From positions 28,535,481 through 28,599,480 of the forward strand of contig NC_081372.1 of NCBI RefSeq assembly GCF_030684315.1: DNA of 64,000 nucleotides, read 5' to 3'. This document shows positions 50,535-62,854 of this stretch, piece after piece. A model generated the notes under the pieces. It was not told the origin of the DNA. It made no database searches and saw only the letters and a program-made list of their open reading frames with translations. Each line of letters opens with the position of its first letter. Position 1 is the stretch's first letter. The DNA is from Stegostoma tigrinum (Eukaryota). The position numbers and the translations under genes are program-made.

Positions 50535-53292
50535 TTTGGGCCTGTGTAGGTGCGGAAGAGGGACTATACTCTCTCCACCTATCTTCTTTACTCTTCATCT
50601 TCGGTCCGCCTCCCCCTCTCTCCCTATTTATTCCAGTTCCCTCTCCCCATCCCCCTCTCTGATGAAGGGTCTAGGCCCGAAACGACAGCTTTTGTGCTCC
50701 TGAGATGCTGCTTGGCCTGCTGTGTTCATCCAGCCTCACATTTTATTATCTTTGAATTCTCCAGCATCTGCAGTTCCCATTATCTTTGGTTTTGTTTTGG
50801 TCTAGTTATGCTGTAAAGCATATTGGACTGATTTGTCCCAGTAAAGGTTCTGTGTAAGTACAAGTTGCCATCTCTCTGTATGGAGGAGTAAAGAGGAGAC
50901 TAGATATTAACTCACTACCAGAAGATTTAGAAGGGTCATCAAATCAATGTTACATGTGCTCATTTGCATGTGGCTCATGGGAGAGAGAAATGAAGAACAT
51001 TAAGAAAAAGTTGTATTTTTAAGAGATCATTCTTTATGTCAATTTTTCTTACCAATTTTTTGAATTGCTGAATAGTATGTAACACATCAAGTCATGGGAT
51101 GGCCTAACTTTGATCTTGCTACAGAAGCTTATAGTGACAATTTGCTTTACATGCTTTGATAACAGCAACATCTGTAGCTCATCAAAGTATTTTGTGTTGA
51201 CTCTAGGCATGGTGAAATCTCACTACAGATCGTTGTTGAATCATCTTAAAAAGAAAATTAATGCTCAAACTACCCCAATCTACTCTTGTGTTTTTGTCTG
51301 CAAACTAGTACGAAATTAGAATCATTGAGTGGAGCTTGGAGCTTGAGATTTGAAGTATGGGAACTGTTAAGAAATAATACAATGAAGTACATCTTGCTTT
51401 CACTTGAGTTTTACCCAGCTTATGAATGCTTGGTGCAAATGCTAAACCATGAATCTTTCAGTTGGAATAATTTTGAATGGCGCACGTAACACATTTATTT
51501 TAAATTGATTAATTCCAGGTTAAAATTATACAGATGCTACATTTAAGTCTTGGATTTTTTAATGGAAATATGTTCAACTCCTGAAACTGATCTCTCACAT
51601 TATTGAGCACAAATTATATTTTTTTAAAGGAAACCTGCATGCAATAAGCTCATATTTCACTATCCTGCAATATAGTTCTTATTTCTTTGTTCTTTGTACC
51701 TGAAAAAATTTAAAGTATCATGAATGTAGTTAACTGGAGCATAATAGTTCTGATTGCCCTCTTGGAAGGCAATTCAAACTCTGTACAGGGCACCTTGAAA
51801 ATTCACTAGAACATGATGAGGAAATGGAGGTTACAGCGATAAAGAAAGGCTTAAAAAAAGGTCTATGCTTCACTGGATTAACAGAATTAAGGGCAGGATG
51901 TTTAACAGAGGCCTTCAAAAAGGAGAATGTAAATGGTGAAAGAATGTTTCCACTGGTTGGTTCAATGGCATCAAGGGCATCAGCTCAAAATGAACATGAA
52001 AAGCACAAAGAAAAATGTTGGGAGACATTTCATACCACGCGTTACTTCATCACAAGTAATTACTGAGCTGAAGACTATTAAATCATATGAAGAGAGTTGA
52101 ATAAATATTTTAAAAGAAAGGATGTGAAAGGGTAGGGGAATTTAATTGGGGTAGATAGTTTCAGTTGAACTAACACTGACACTTGCTGTGCTTTCTACGT
52201 TTAAAAAAGATTCTTAACTGCTCTGAAATGTCAAGTTTTGAAAAGCTGGTTAAATGATTGATGTGATATTTTTCCTCAAATTATTGTTAATCTATTATTT
52301 AAAGCATTGCCAGTTTTCTATTGCATATTTATTAAACAATGTTCAACATTCTAGATTTTATTTGCATAACTCTCCGATCTTGTTTTAATCTCTACTTTGA
52401 AGCTAAGTCCTGTAATTTATCTTTCCCACTTCAGTCACACTTTCTACATTGTTATGCTTAATACATGATCTATCCTTTTTTAATTATTTCGGCTTCCCTT
52501 CAATATCTCCCTTTTTAAGCCACTAGTTTTCAAAACAGGAAGTAAGCAAACCTCCAGGAGTTCACAAATACACCAGATTTTTTTTCAAAGATAGTAGGAT
52601 TTTTTCAGTTTGTCATGTAAACAAGTTATTTATTATTCAATGAAATAAGAATAAACCAAATCTTTTTCACTTGCAAGATTAATACTGCATTTCAGAAGTC
52701 AAAACAGGAAGTACTGGTGAGCATGTTCATATCTGAAAAGATACCTCACGTAAAGATCCAAATTATCATTTCTCCTGCCTTTGACGTGTTTTCTTTTTCC
52801 TCCTGTTACCCTTCTTGGTAATTGTGAATTTGTGAAACTGAACAATTTTGGACAAGGAGCAAAAGTTTTTCTGCGTTTCTAGAAACCTGCTAATAACTTC
52901 AAACCATTCAAAATAGTTTTTGCTTGCTCAATAGGACAATACTTAACTATCTGTACAGGCGAACTTCTGAAGTTGGAGTTTTAGCAGAGAGAGCGCACCT
53001 GGTTCTTGGGACTCCTTTCTAACTTAGTGGAGTTGTTACCAAAGCCTGTTAATGTTGGCTAGTCAGTGACTATAGCATATTTAATCCTGAGGGCATTCAT
53101 GTTGTACCATTCAAGATAGGAAGGTAAGCTTATAAAGACCTGATACCCTTTGAAATACAGCATTGCTGGCTCATATTTATTATACAGTTCTAAGTACCCT
53201 CGAATGGTGATAAGTTGCCTGTTGAACCCCTTCTCTCCATGTGACAAATAGCAGTGAGAGGCAACTGATTGGCTTGCTAGGCTACTTCATTG

Positions 53293-53846
53293 TCACAACT
53301 CATATTCCGCCTGGGAACCCTGCAGCCATATGGTATCAATGTGGACTTCACCAGTTTCAAAATCTCCCCTTCCCCCACTGCATCCCTAAACCAGCCCAGT
53401 TCATCCCCTCCCCCCACTGCACCACACAACCAGCCCAGCTCTTCCCCCCCACCCACTGCATCCCAAAACCAGTCCAACCTGTCTCTGCCTCCCTAACCGG
53501 TTCTTCCTCTCACCCATCCCTTCCTCCCACCCCCAGCCGCACCCCCAGCTACCTACTAACCTCATCCCACCTCCTTGACCTGTCCGTCTTCCCTGGACTG
53601 ACCTATCCCCTCCCTACCTCCCCACCTACACCCTCTCCACCTATCTTCTTTGCTCTCCATCTTCGGTCCGCCTCCCCCTCTCTCCCTATTTATTCCAGTT
53701 CCCTCCCCCCATCCCCCTCTCTGATGAAGGGTCTAGGCCCGAAACGTCAGCTTTTGTGCTCCTGGGATGCTGCTTGGCCTGCTGTGTTCATCCAGCCTCA
53801 CATTTTATTATCTTGGAGTCTCCAGCATCTGCAGTTCCCATTATCT
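53293..53846 (+). mobile_element. Penelope-like element 3' fragment (end of GIY-YIG + terminal repeat)
   Basis: QLIFRLGTLQPYGINVDF matches the C-terminus of ORF 49323..50192; near-identical to the reverse complement of 49006-49520. Confidence 0.9.
53717..53750 (+). ncRNA. Minimal type I hammerhead ribozyme motif in Penelope terminal repeat
   Basis: ctct-CTGATGA-a-gggt ctag gccc-GAAAC-GTC-ag: catalytic core, stem II, palindromic ACGU stem III and GUC cleavage triplet. Confidence 0.75.
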
Positions 53847-55399
53847 CATCCACTATTGCTATTGGTTTTGAGTCTCGCACAGGATAAGCCAGGTCATGGT
53901 GGCAGATTTCCTTCCCAAAAAGGGATTAGTGAACAGATGAGTGTTTACAACATTTTACAATAGTTTCATTATCACCATTAGAGTAGCTTTTCATTACAGG
54001 TGTATTAATTGAATTCAAACCAGTGTCTTCAGCGTTTTAGCCTGCTTCTCTGGCTTTCCAGCCCAATGATATTACCACTGCATCACTGCCCACCTCTGTA
54101 GATGTACCCACAGTACTATTAAGAAGACAGTTATAAGATTTTGACTCTGACAGTGATGGACTAATGATATAGTTGAAGTCAAGCTAATGTGTGACAGGGC
54201 CGCTAGTAGTGTTCCCATGAGACAATTGCGCAGGTCCTTCTCGGGAGTAAAGATTTTTGATTTGGAAGGTACTGTTGAAGATGTCTTGGTGCCTTGCTGT
54301 AGTACATATTGCAGTGCTGTTTGTGGATGGGGAGCTAACCAAGCAGGCTGGAGTTGAATTTCTTCAATGTTGCTGATTTTCTGGGTGCACAATTTCCAGC
54401 TTCTGATCTGCTTCTGTATTCAGAATACAGCTGGTTCAGTTGAGCTTTCATCCATATTGATCTTTGGGATGTTGTGGTTTATGATTCAATGATAGTAATG
54501 CCACTAAATGACAGGGGGATATAGTTAGGTTCTCCCTTGTTTGAAATAGTAATTGCCTTACACTTTTGTGTGGTGGGAATGTTTGTTTGTCATTTATCAA
54601 ACAAAGCAAGGATGCTTTCCAGATTGTGCTGCATGTGGCATAAACTGCTCATTGAAGGAGTTGGTGTGAACTGAATATTGTGCAGTCATCAATGAACATT
54701 GCATTTCTAACTGTACAATTGTCGGGGGCGGGGTACGGTCAAAGAAGCAGGTAATGTTCAGGCTCCTGAGCCTGTCTGCTCGCTTCTCTCTCTTTTTATC
54801 CTTTCAGTTTATCTTTTATTTTTCTTTTCATCCTCTGACATTGTGGGGAAGCTGGAGTGGTGTTGCTGGAGTGTTGGCAGCAGCAGTTGGCAGTACCATG
54901 AGTGATGACTGCTAGCTACAGTTGGCCTGGAGCTTGGAGTTGGGAACTCGGTGGTCTTCAGCTGCACAGTTGCAGTGCCCAGAAGAGGACTTTTGGCTGC
55001 GGCAGGCTCACAGCGTGGAATTGGTGAGTCTTTGGCTGCAATGGTGGTGGTGCCTGAAGCAGGGACCTCTTGAGGCCAGGATACCTTGCAGAGACACTAC
55101 AAAAGCCCTGGAGTTGTATTTGTAGACCCCTTGAACATAAGATGAACTCTACTTACATAATTTCTTTTCATGCCTTTTGTAACTCAAAATGGCACAGTAT
55201 TGTGGCGACAAAACAGTTTTCGCTATGTATTTCTAGAGTATGTGACAAATAAAATGTGGTTGAACTTAGGACAGTACGCTGAGGAGCTCCTACAGTGATG
55301 TCCTTGAACTTAAATATTTGGCAACGATAAATCTTTGTGCATGGCATTGTTCCAACTAATGGAGAGATTTCCCTGATTTCTACTGATTTGTTTTATCAA

Positions 55400-55699
55400 T
55401 TTTATTGGGGTTCTGTGTTGAATTTACCTTTTCGCCAAGGGATGCGTCTGTAGGATGTTATTATTTTGGAACAGTTGGTTCGGTTTTCCAATACTTAAGT
55501 TACTCTAAATTCTACTTCCTTTTGATTGTGTTTCAACTGTATTGTTTAAATAAATTTTGGTTTGCTTAAAGCTGGGTAGTTTGACCAGTTGCACCACACC
55601 TGGAACACCCACTGCATATCTGCCTTTAAAATACAAAAAAATTAGGGTCTGGTCTACCTCCTTGAAATATTTTGAGAGGATCTGGCCTGGTCCATAACA
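55400..55699 (+). mobile_element. Possible solo LTR fragment
   Basis: AATAAA at ~55549, then a U5-like stretch ending ...ggtccataaCA; 5' boundary unclear. Confidence 0.35.
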
Positions 55700-55851
55700 T
55701 GGGTCGTTGTTTATGGGATTGCCACATGTTGTCAAGCCGCTGAAGCCATGGATTGTTGTGCTGGTGCTCACCAGCCCGTAGATCATGTCACAGTTTCCTT
55801 CTGATGTCCAATCTTGTGTCTTCAGGATGTGAGAATCAATGGTTAGCACCT

Positions 55852-56310
55852 TCTTTTCATGTAGGCAGCCATGCTTGAAGTGCAGCTTTGGGCATCCTGC
55901 CAGTAAATTGGCTCTGGCTACATCACCCCACCTTAGCTGTGTGACCATCTTCCCTCCTGTAAATAGGCCTGAGTCAGTGAAGCCACCTCTGCTATAAATG
56001 TTTCAATCAGTGCCAACATAATTGGAAACTTTGCCTTTGAGAAGACTGAAACATTTATGGTTTTGTCCTGCCCTTAGTTGCCCAGAATGTATGGCCCTGG
56101 AGATAAAATATGCTGAGCAAGCAGATCTCAAAAACCAGCAACTTGGTTCCATTAAAGAGGACCAGATGAACAAAGAACATAGAACAATACAGTGCAGAAC
56201 AGGCCCTTCGGCCCTCGATGTTGCGCCGACCTGTGATCTAATCTAAGCCCATCCCCCTACATCTTTTCATGTAGGCAGCCATGCTTGAAGTGCAGCTTTG
56301 GGCATCCTGC
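55852..56310 (+). repeat. 49-bp exact direct repeat (55852-55900 and 56262-56310)
   Basis: tcttttcatgtaggcagccatgcttgaagtgcagctttgggcatcctgc occurs twice. Confidence 0.95.
56172..56261 (-). mobile_element. Very short CR1 3' end
   Basis: aagaacatagaacaatacagtgcagaacaggcccttcggccctcgatg matches 15911-16000. Confidence 0.8.
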
Positions 56311-58299
56311 TAATAATGAAGAGACACCTGACTAGCTTGGAAAGGTGACTTGGGAAAATGACATTTCATGTGGTGTACTGCAAGCTGATGCACCTAGGAA
56401 ACAAGTATAGCTGAACTTATATAAAAATGATTCCAGGTATGGACTCACCACAGGAATGGAATCTGTATGTAATTGTGACTAGCTCAGTGAAACCAACAGT
56501 GCGGTTTTTATTTGCTATGGGAGGCTAACTGAATCTTGGATTAGTCAAAGGAATATTGCAAAAAGAAATGATAGTTTAAACAGTGCCGTGATATTATTAC
56601 ATCCAATGTACTGTGTAAAACCTTGTAACAGACTTAAGATATTGAGGAACAAAAGCATAAATTGCTGGAAAAGCTCACCTGGCCTGGCAGTGTCTGTGGA
56701 GAGAAATCAGAATTGACCTTTTGTATCCAGTGATCCTACCTCAGAACTTTTCTAGCAATTTCTGATTTGGTTTCTGATTTCCAGCATCCTCACTTCTTTT
56801 AGTCTTTACTAAGATATTGAGGTATTAGGAGCAATGGGGAAAATAAAGGGTATCCAATGTGGTAGTGAGCTGGCAATATCTGACCTATGAAAAGAGTTTG
56901 AAAGGTCTGACACTGTGTATTCTGTGCTGGTGTGAAAATGAATCAGTTTAAATACTTTGCGCCCTGCTGCAAGAATCTGCTGGTTAAATCCTGATGGTAT
57001 GTTTTTCATTATAATTAATTGAAAGAGGATCACATTTAGAAGAGAATGAGTCAATGTAATGCTGGAGCTATGTGTGTGGAATGTATTATCCTAAGAGGGA
57101 ACTAGAAAAGAGTAAGGAAGAATTGAATAACAACAGTGAAGGAGTTTGTGGTTTAGAGATTATCTTTGGAACCAAATGAAATGCACAGTTATTTTTCTGG
57201 TCCTGTTCACTTATAAATCAAATTCTTGTTCTGAACAAAAATTAACATAGTTATATGTTATTTTGTGTGGTCAGGACTGCGGTGACGTTGCCACATTGGA
57301 GGAGATTAGTTATGAAACATAGAGGATGAGGAGGGAAACCAGTACAGTATTTTGAATGCTGGTGTAGAAATTAGAGAAACAAAAATCAAAACTGTGGAGA
57401 TAGTGTGAGAGCATCACACAGTAAGAAGGAATTGTTGAGAGTTATATTTAATATATTGAAATGGCAAAAGATGTTGTGCAAAAATATTATAAGACAAAAT
57501 GATGCTGAACCACATGGGACTATGGGAAAGACTAAAAGATTAAACAAATAGAACTGAAGCAGCAGAATTTTGATATATATGGAAGAAAACCAAGCACCAT
57601 TCATAAAATTAATGGAAAGCACGTGTTTCCGATATTTATGATGGCTTCTGCAGAAAGCTAGTTAGATAAGACAGTAATGCATATATATTTAACAAAATTC
57701 GTTTTCTATTTATTCATGTCAGCCACATTCTGAAACATAATTTCTATGCTATTTTCTTGGATACAGGCCCTAGTTACCAATGCTTTATCCATTTACTAAT
57801 GATTGAGATAAAAGTTGAAAATCTACGCCTGACTGTTTATATGTAGCTTTTTACTGCGGTTAAGAGCAGCTGGAATGATCTGGAGTACATATATAGCATT
57901 TTAATGCTTTGAAACTTCTACAATTCAAAGAGAATGTCTTGAGCATTAGCCGCAAACTGTAATAAGGAATAAAATATAAATTGTGCCAAAGCAGAGTGCT
58001 ACAGAAACTCAGCAGATCTGGTAACATCTGAGGAGAGAGAAATATGTTTCAATCCAGTGTAACTCTTCTTTGGAACTGTTCTGAAGTAGAAGTGCCTTTT
58101 GATATCAATAGGCCAAAGATGGAAAGATTTTTATTTGAAGAAATGAACAGGAGTAGCACAGAAAATAATGGAAATCTGAAACAAAAATAAAAATGCTTAA
58201 AAGCACTTCATGGAATGGGTGGCATTCACAATGAGGAAATCTGCAATGCTTCACACATAACCGCTGCTTCATAATGGAAGATATGATAGAAAACAAACT

Positions 58300-58660
58300 T
58301 CTAAGAATGGGCAGAGTGAGGATTAGTGGATGAGGAGTGATTGAGATCTGCAAATGATGAAATCAATGTCAAAGCCAAATGGATGCAAAGTACCTCTTAG
58401 AAAGGTGGTAGCATTCATCAAACTTGTATTGAGATTCACTAGAGAATTGTAAAAGATCGAGGACAAACTGTTAAAATGGAAGCGTGTTGGAGAATTGAAA
58501 TGGCAGAAAACTGCAACCAGAGGGTCATGCACAGAGGCTGAACATAGATGTACATCAAAGTGATCACTTACTCTCAACTTAGTATCCTCTACTTTGGGAC
58601 GACCACACTGTGAGTAACACACACAGTAAAATGCGTTGAAAGAAGTATTAATAAATTGCT
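58300..58660 (-). mobile_element. Old degenerate Penelope-like GIY-YIG fragment
   Basis: ORF 58323..58622 (CSQCG...DTKLRVSDHFDVHLCS...VAVFCHFNSP...LRGTLHPFGFDIDF) parallels the GIY-YIG C-terminus of ORF 49323..50192. Confidence 0.6.
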
Positions 58661-59354
58661 GTTCATATGAGGGGCTGGTTTGGTAAGTTGTGGAAATTTA
58701 TTGATTATGAGGAATAGGTTGAAATGGGCCTAGTAAATAGAAGTGTCGAATTCTTAAGCAAATGCAATAAAATTCTTCAGAATTCTATCATTGAAAAATT
58801 GAAAACGGTGTGATATGTGTTAGTATTTTACTTGAGTTACTGTTGTTTTGTTTTTAGTTATCATGACTCTTAGTCCAAGCCACTTAGTGATTAATTTTGC
58901 AGGCCTTATGATGTGTCTGAAAACTCTGGTCTGACTTCACCACATGTAAAGGTACAGAATGAGTCTGAGGGAGAAACATTGGGGTATTTGCATAATTTCT
59001 CGAAAATCTAGACTGTTGTCAAATGAAGGATGTCTGACTACGTTGACAGTGCAATCAAATTGGTCTGTGTTGTCTTTGCTGTTTTCAGCTGGCTGATATT
59101 GGGAAATTTGATAGGTTTATCTTCCTGGTACAGTTGTCCTATGTGAGATCTTTCCATCAGGAAATTGCAACACTAGTGTGGGTCTTACATGTTCCAGAAG
59201 TTGTTGAACTGTAAGAAAAACAGCCAATTTAGAGATGTATTAGGCTATCATTGTTTAACTTGATGACTTGGAAGTCTCACTACCAGTTTGTGCATAATTT
59301 TTATTTTAATTCTTCAGCTCCAAAATTTCAGATAATTTAAAGTTTAACTTCCAG

Positions 59355-59893
59355 GATGTCTGGAATACGGTGTCCAGTTCTGGTTGGCCAGTTAAAGGAA
59401 TATTATTATTAAGCTGGAGATGGTTCAGAAGAGATTTACGAGGACGTTGCTGGGCCTGAAAGGTTTGAGTTGTAAAGTAAGACTGGATTGGCTAGGAATT
59501 GTCATTGGAGGTTGAGAGACAACCTTATAGAAGTTTATAAAGTAATGAGAAGTATTGATAAAGTTAATGGTAGTTGTCTTTTCCCTGGGATGGGGGACTT
59601 CAAGACTAGAAGGCACATTTTTCAAGTGAGAGGAGAAAGCTTTTAAAAAAGGCATAAAGGACAAATATTTCACATAGAGAGTGGTTCGCATGTGTAATAA
59701 ACTTCCTGAGGAGGTGGTAGATGTGGGAACAATTACAACGTTTAAAAGGCATTTGGATATGTACATGAATAGGAAAGGTTTGGAGTGATATGGGCCAAGA
59801 CCGAGCAGGTGGGACTAGTTTAGTTTGGGATTATTTTCAGCATGGACTGAGTGGATGGATGGTCTGTTTCTGTCCTGTGTGACTCTATGACTA
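59355..59893 (+). mobile_element. CR1 3' fragment
   Basis: gaatacggtgtccagttctgg...ttcagaagagatttacgagg; gtgactctatgactat tail. Confidence 0.82.
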
Positions 59894-61287
59894 TAACATG
59901 TGTAATCAGCAGAAGTCCAGGTTTCTAAAATAACCCTTCACTGCTACATTACCTACCTCCCTATGGAAACTTTCAATCAGCAACTCAACAACTCAGCTTG
60001 TTTGCTCCTCTTCGGAAAATCACAATGAACTTCTTTTCTTTGTATCTGCTGACAAAGTAGTTTGTGGGTTAGGTAGGCTTCTGTCTAAATGTCATGAATT
60101 CTAGTTGGGTCTGAGTTTAATCTGACTCTGATCTGGCCTTTGAAAGTGGTCCATAACTTTTGGGGCTCTTTAGTTATAATGAGACCATGCAAAGCGCATT
60201 TTGGCAGCAGGAAGATGCCAATTGCATTGGTGGTACCACTCCAGACATCATAATCATTGCCAATCCTGGTATTAAAGAATTCTGTTCCTGGCATGCAGTG
60301 CAGTTTTTAAGATCAAAAGAGATTTTTTTCTTTGTATGTGTACCTTGCCTTTAAAAGAGTATTTAACGTCCATGCAGATGGCATCCTCCTGTTGAGAGTA
60401 TATTCAGCATGGTCTCATTATAACAATAACCGTCTTCTGCCAGAGTAAATACAAAATCCCACGGAAACATCCTAAATCAAAACACTGGTACTTCCCGGAT
60501 TCTGTCTAGATCACATCACAGAACTGAGATGTCTCTTCACTCAGTGCATGCAGAGGACTGATGCCAGCTGGACAGATCATGGAATTGTTGGAATTGTTCA
60601 ACTGGTAATGAGCACCCACTAAGTACCAAGGAATTGCAAGGTCCAGAGTCCAAGGGGGAGAAATCAATGCCTCAGCCTAGAGCAGTGGAATCAAGAGATG
60701 ACCTCCAAGTGTAGCTCATGGCCAATAAGGAAATATTGTCCATTTCAGTACAGTAGGAACAAATAAAGTCAATCATACTGGACACCTGGGTCCAAGTTTT
60801 GTCATCATCAGGGCTAGTTTGATGAAAACAATGCTGAAATTGGTGATCTTGACCAAAATGAACAGGCTTAATTGCCTGGTAAGATTGCAATTCAAGAAGG
60901 CAGCATCCAACAACTCAAGGCTGGTGCCCAAAGGCAAATCCAGATGATCAAGAGCATGTTGGGTAGAGAGAGATATTACTGTGCTATCATGATTTGCTGT
61001 CACTGAAGCTGTAAGTGCTATTGACAGATGAATGTCAATTGTTCGACATTCGCTTTGCGTGCAAGCTGATGTTTTTCTTCAGCCTTGTTTCAGTGCCCAG
61101 ATAATTCAACTATCTGACCAGACCCCTCCATTCCTCCATGTCAGCTTTGAAAGCTGCTGTATCATTTTGTGAGACCTCACTTTGACTAATACAATGGAGC
61201 TAAAATTTTCCAAATAAGATGTTTGTTGCACAGTAACAGTTGATCCATTCTGCTTGATTTCCAATCCAATGTACTTAAAAGACCCAG

Positions 61288-61417
61288 TGATAATGGGAAC
61301 TGCAGATGCTGGAGAATCCAAGATGACAAAGTGTGAAGCTGGATGAACACAGCAGGCCAAGCAGCATCTCAGGAGCACAAAAGCTGACGTTTCGGGCCTA
61401 GACCCTTCATCAGAGAG
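61288..61417 (-). mobile_element. Solo short Penelope terminal-repeat insertion (family A), nested in the Copia relic
   Basis: Matches 53717-53846; TSD cttaaaa(a)gacccag at 61274-61287 and 61418-61432. Confidence 0.85.
61384..61417 (-). ncRNA. Minimal hammerhead ribozyme motif (intact copy) in a solo Penelope repeat
   Basis: Reverse complement reads ctctCTGATGAagggtctaggcccGAAACGTCag. Confidence 0.72.
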
Positions 61418-62854
61418 CTTAAAAAGACCCAGAAGCCTGACTTTCAATTTGAATTCAGCTTTTAACCAATTTATGGCAATGTTTCAAAATTATTGCTTCT
61501 AATCCATGAGAAGACTCATCTGCATGTATTATAAAGATGCCTGAAAGCTGTCCCGCCATGATGCCAGGAAAATATAGCAAAAATATAGCAATGTATACTT
61601 TTAACCGAATGCAGCTTAATTTTTATAAAACAGACATTATTGATAAGTGTCAAATTCAAGACCCCTCATTTATACCATATACCCACTTATTTAACTTACT
61701 CTGTGCCCCGACTACTTATGGTGTCTCTTCTGAAGGACAAAGAAGCTCCTCCCTGTTGATCTGATACCTTTATAGAAATGCAGTTTTAATATTTAATTCT
61801 TAAGCATTTGTTTCTAAAAAATACCAAAAAAAATCAAAATTGATTTTTTCTGTCTTGATGAACTTATTCTGATAACTTGGTTGCCCAAGTCTTTTTCCTC
61901 AACTTTGTGCTGCTAGTCTTGCTTTGATCTTGTATGTTCCACGATGGCATACCTTTTTTTTCCATGCATATCCATCTATGTGATAGGACTGGTTGTATCT
62001 GGCATCTCTGTGTATACTCCCAGTTCTCTCCAGCTTTATTTATCCAGTTTCTTTATTCAAGAATATTTTATCTTTTCTTCAAGTTTGTTCATCGCCTCTA
62101 AGATGCCCAAATCACATGGTCTTCTGCTCAAGTTGGTATTCCTGATTTGTACTGTGCTTTTTTTATCTTTGTTAAACTGTGCCCTGTCTCTCATTTTCTG
62201 ACTGTTATTGTCTAATCTTTCTCTTCTATTATTTGAATTTGTTTCAATAGTTTTTGGACTCTTTCTAAGCACATGCTCATTCCCAGAGCTTACATTGAAG
62301 TTTCCAGCATTCCACCTTTGTACTTCATGTTCTCAATCCATGGACCTAGCCTTATCCTTGACATTCATCCATTTTATTTTTTCCAGTGGCTTTTCCTATT
62401 TACCAACTGAAATGTCAATCAATTTCGGCCTGAGCAATTCTGGGATTCCCTCACTTGTTGTAAATCCCAAAATCTCTTCATTTTTCAATTTTCAGTCATG
62501 TTTCTGTCATCATTTCTATCAGTTACAGTTCTCTTTTTATAGTGAACCTGCAACTTTTAACTAGGTGGACTTGTCAATTAGTTAACATTGTGTCCTCCAT
62601 TTTCTGTCATTTTGCCTATTGCGTGCTTTGTGCTACGAATGCTGCTGGACAGGAATTCTTCCTTTGGAATTTTCTATCAGTGCTTCTGATATTTCTTTGA
62701 CTCATGTGTGCCGATAAACATATTTGACTCCTGTTAAAATGAGAAATCTGCACTTATCTGATATTTTGGCATGGTCCAAGAACTTAAATGCCATCACAGG
62801 TTGGTGAATTTCCAAATGAAATTACTGCAGTCTTGCGTGCAATCTATTGAATTA

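Larger units (their letters stand above)
49006..50785 (-). mobile_element. Penelope-like retroelement, 5'-truncated, with inverted terminal repeat
   Basis: Minus-strand RT C-terminus + GIY-YIG. Terminal repeat at ~49006-49320, inverted copy at ~50563-50785. 14-bp TSD ttggttttgttttg at 48992-49005 and 50786-50799. Confidence 0.93.
60690..62848 (-). mobile_element. Degenerate Ty1/Copia LTR retrotransposon pol remnant
   Basis: Minus-strand motifs in Copia RT order: YKIKARLAA (~61930-61905), NIKTAFL (~61795), KLNKWVYGINEGS (~61700-61660), HADE for HVDD (~61520), FKYIGLEIKQ...QTSYLEN, LNYLGTETR (~61105). Boundaries approximate. Confidence 0.75.

Noticed and set aside
53241-53963. 240-aa Pro-rich ORF as a host gene
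   Set aside because: It is an alternative frame of the C-rich Penelope 3' region.
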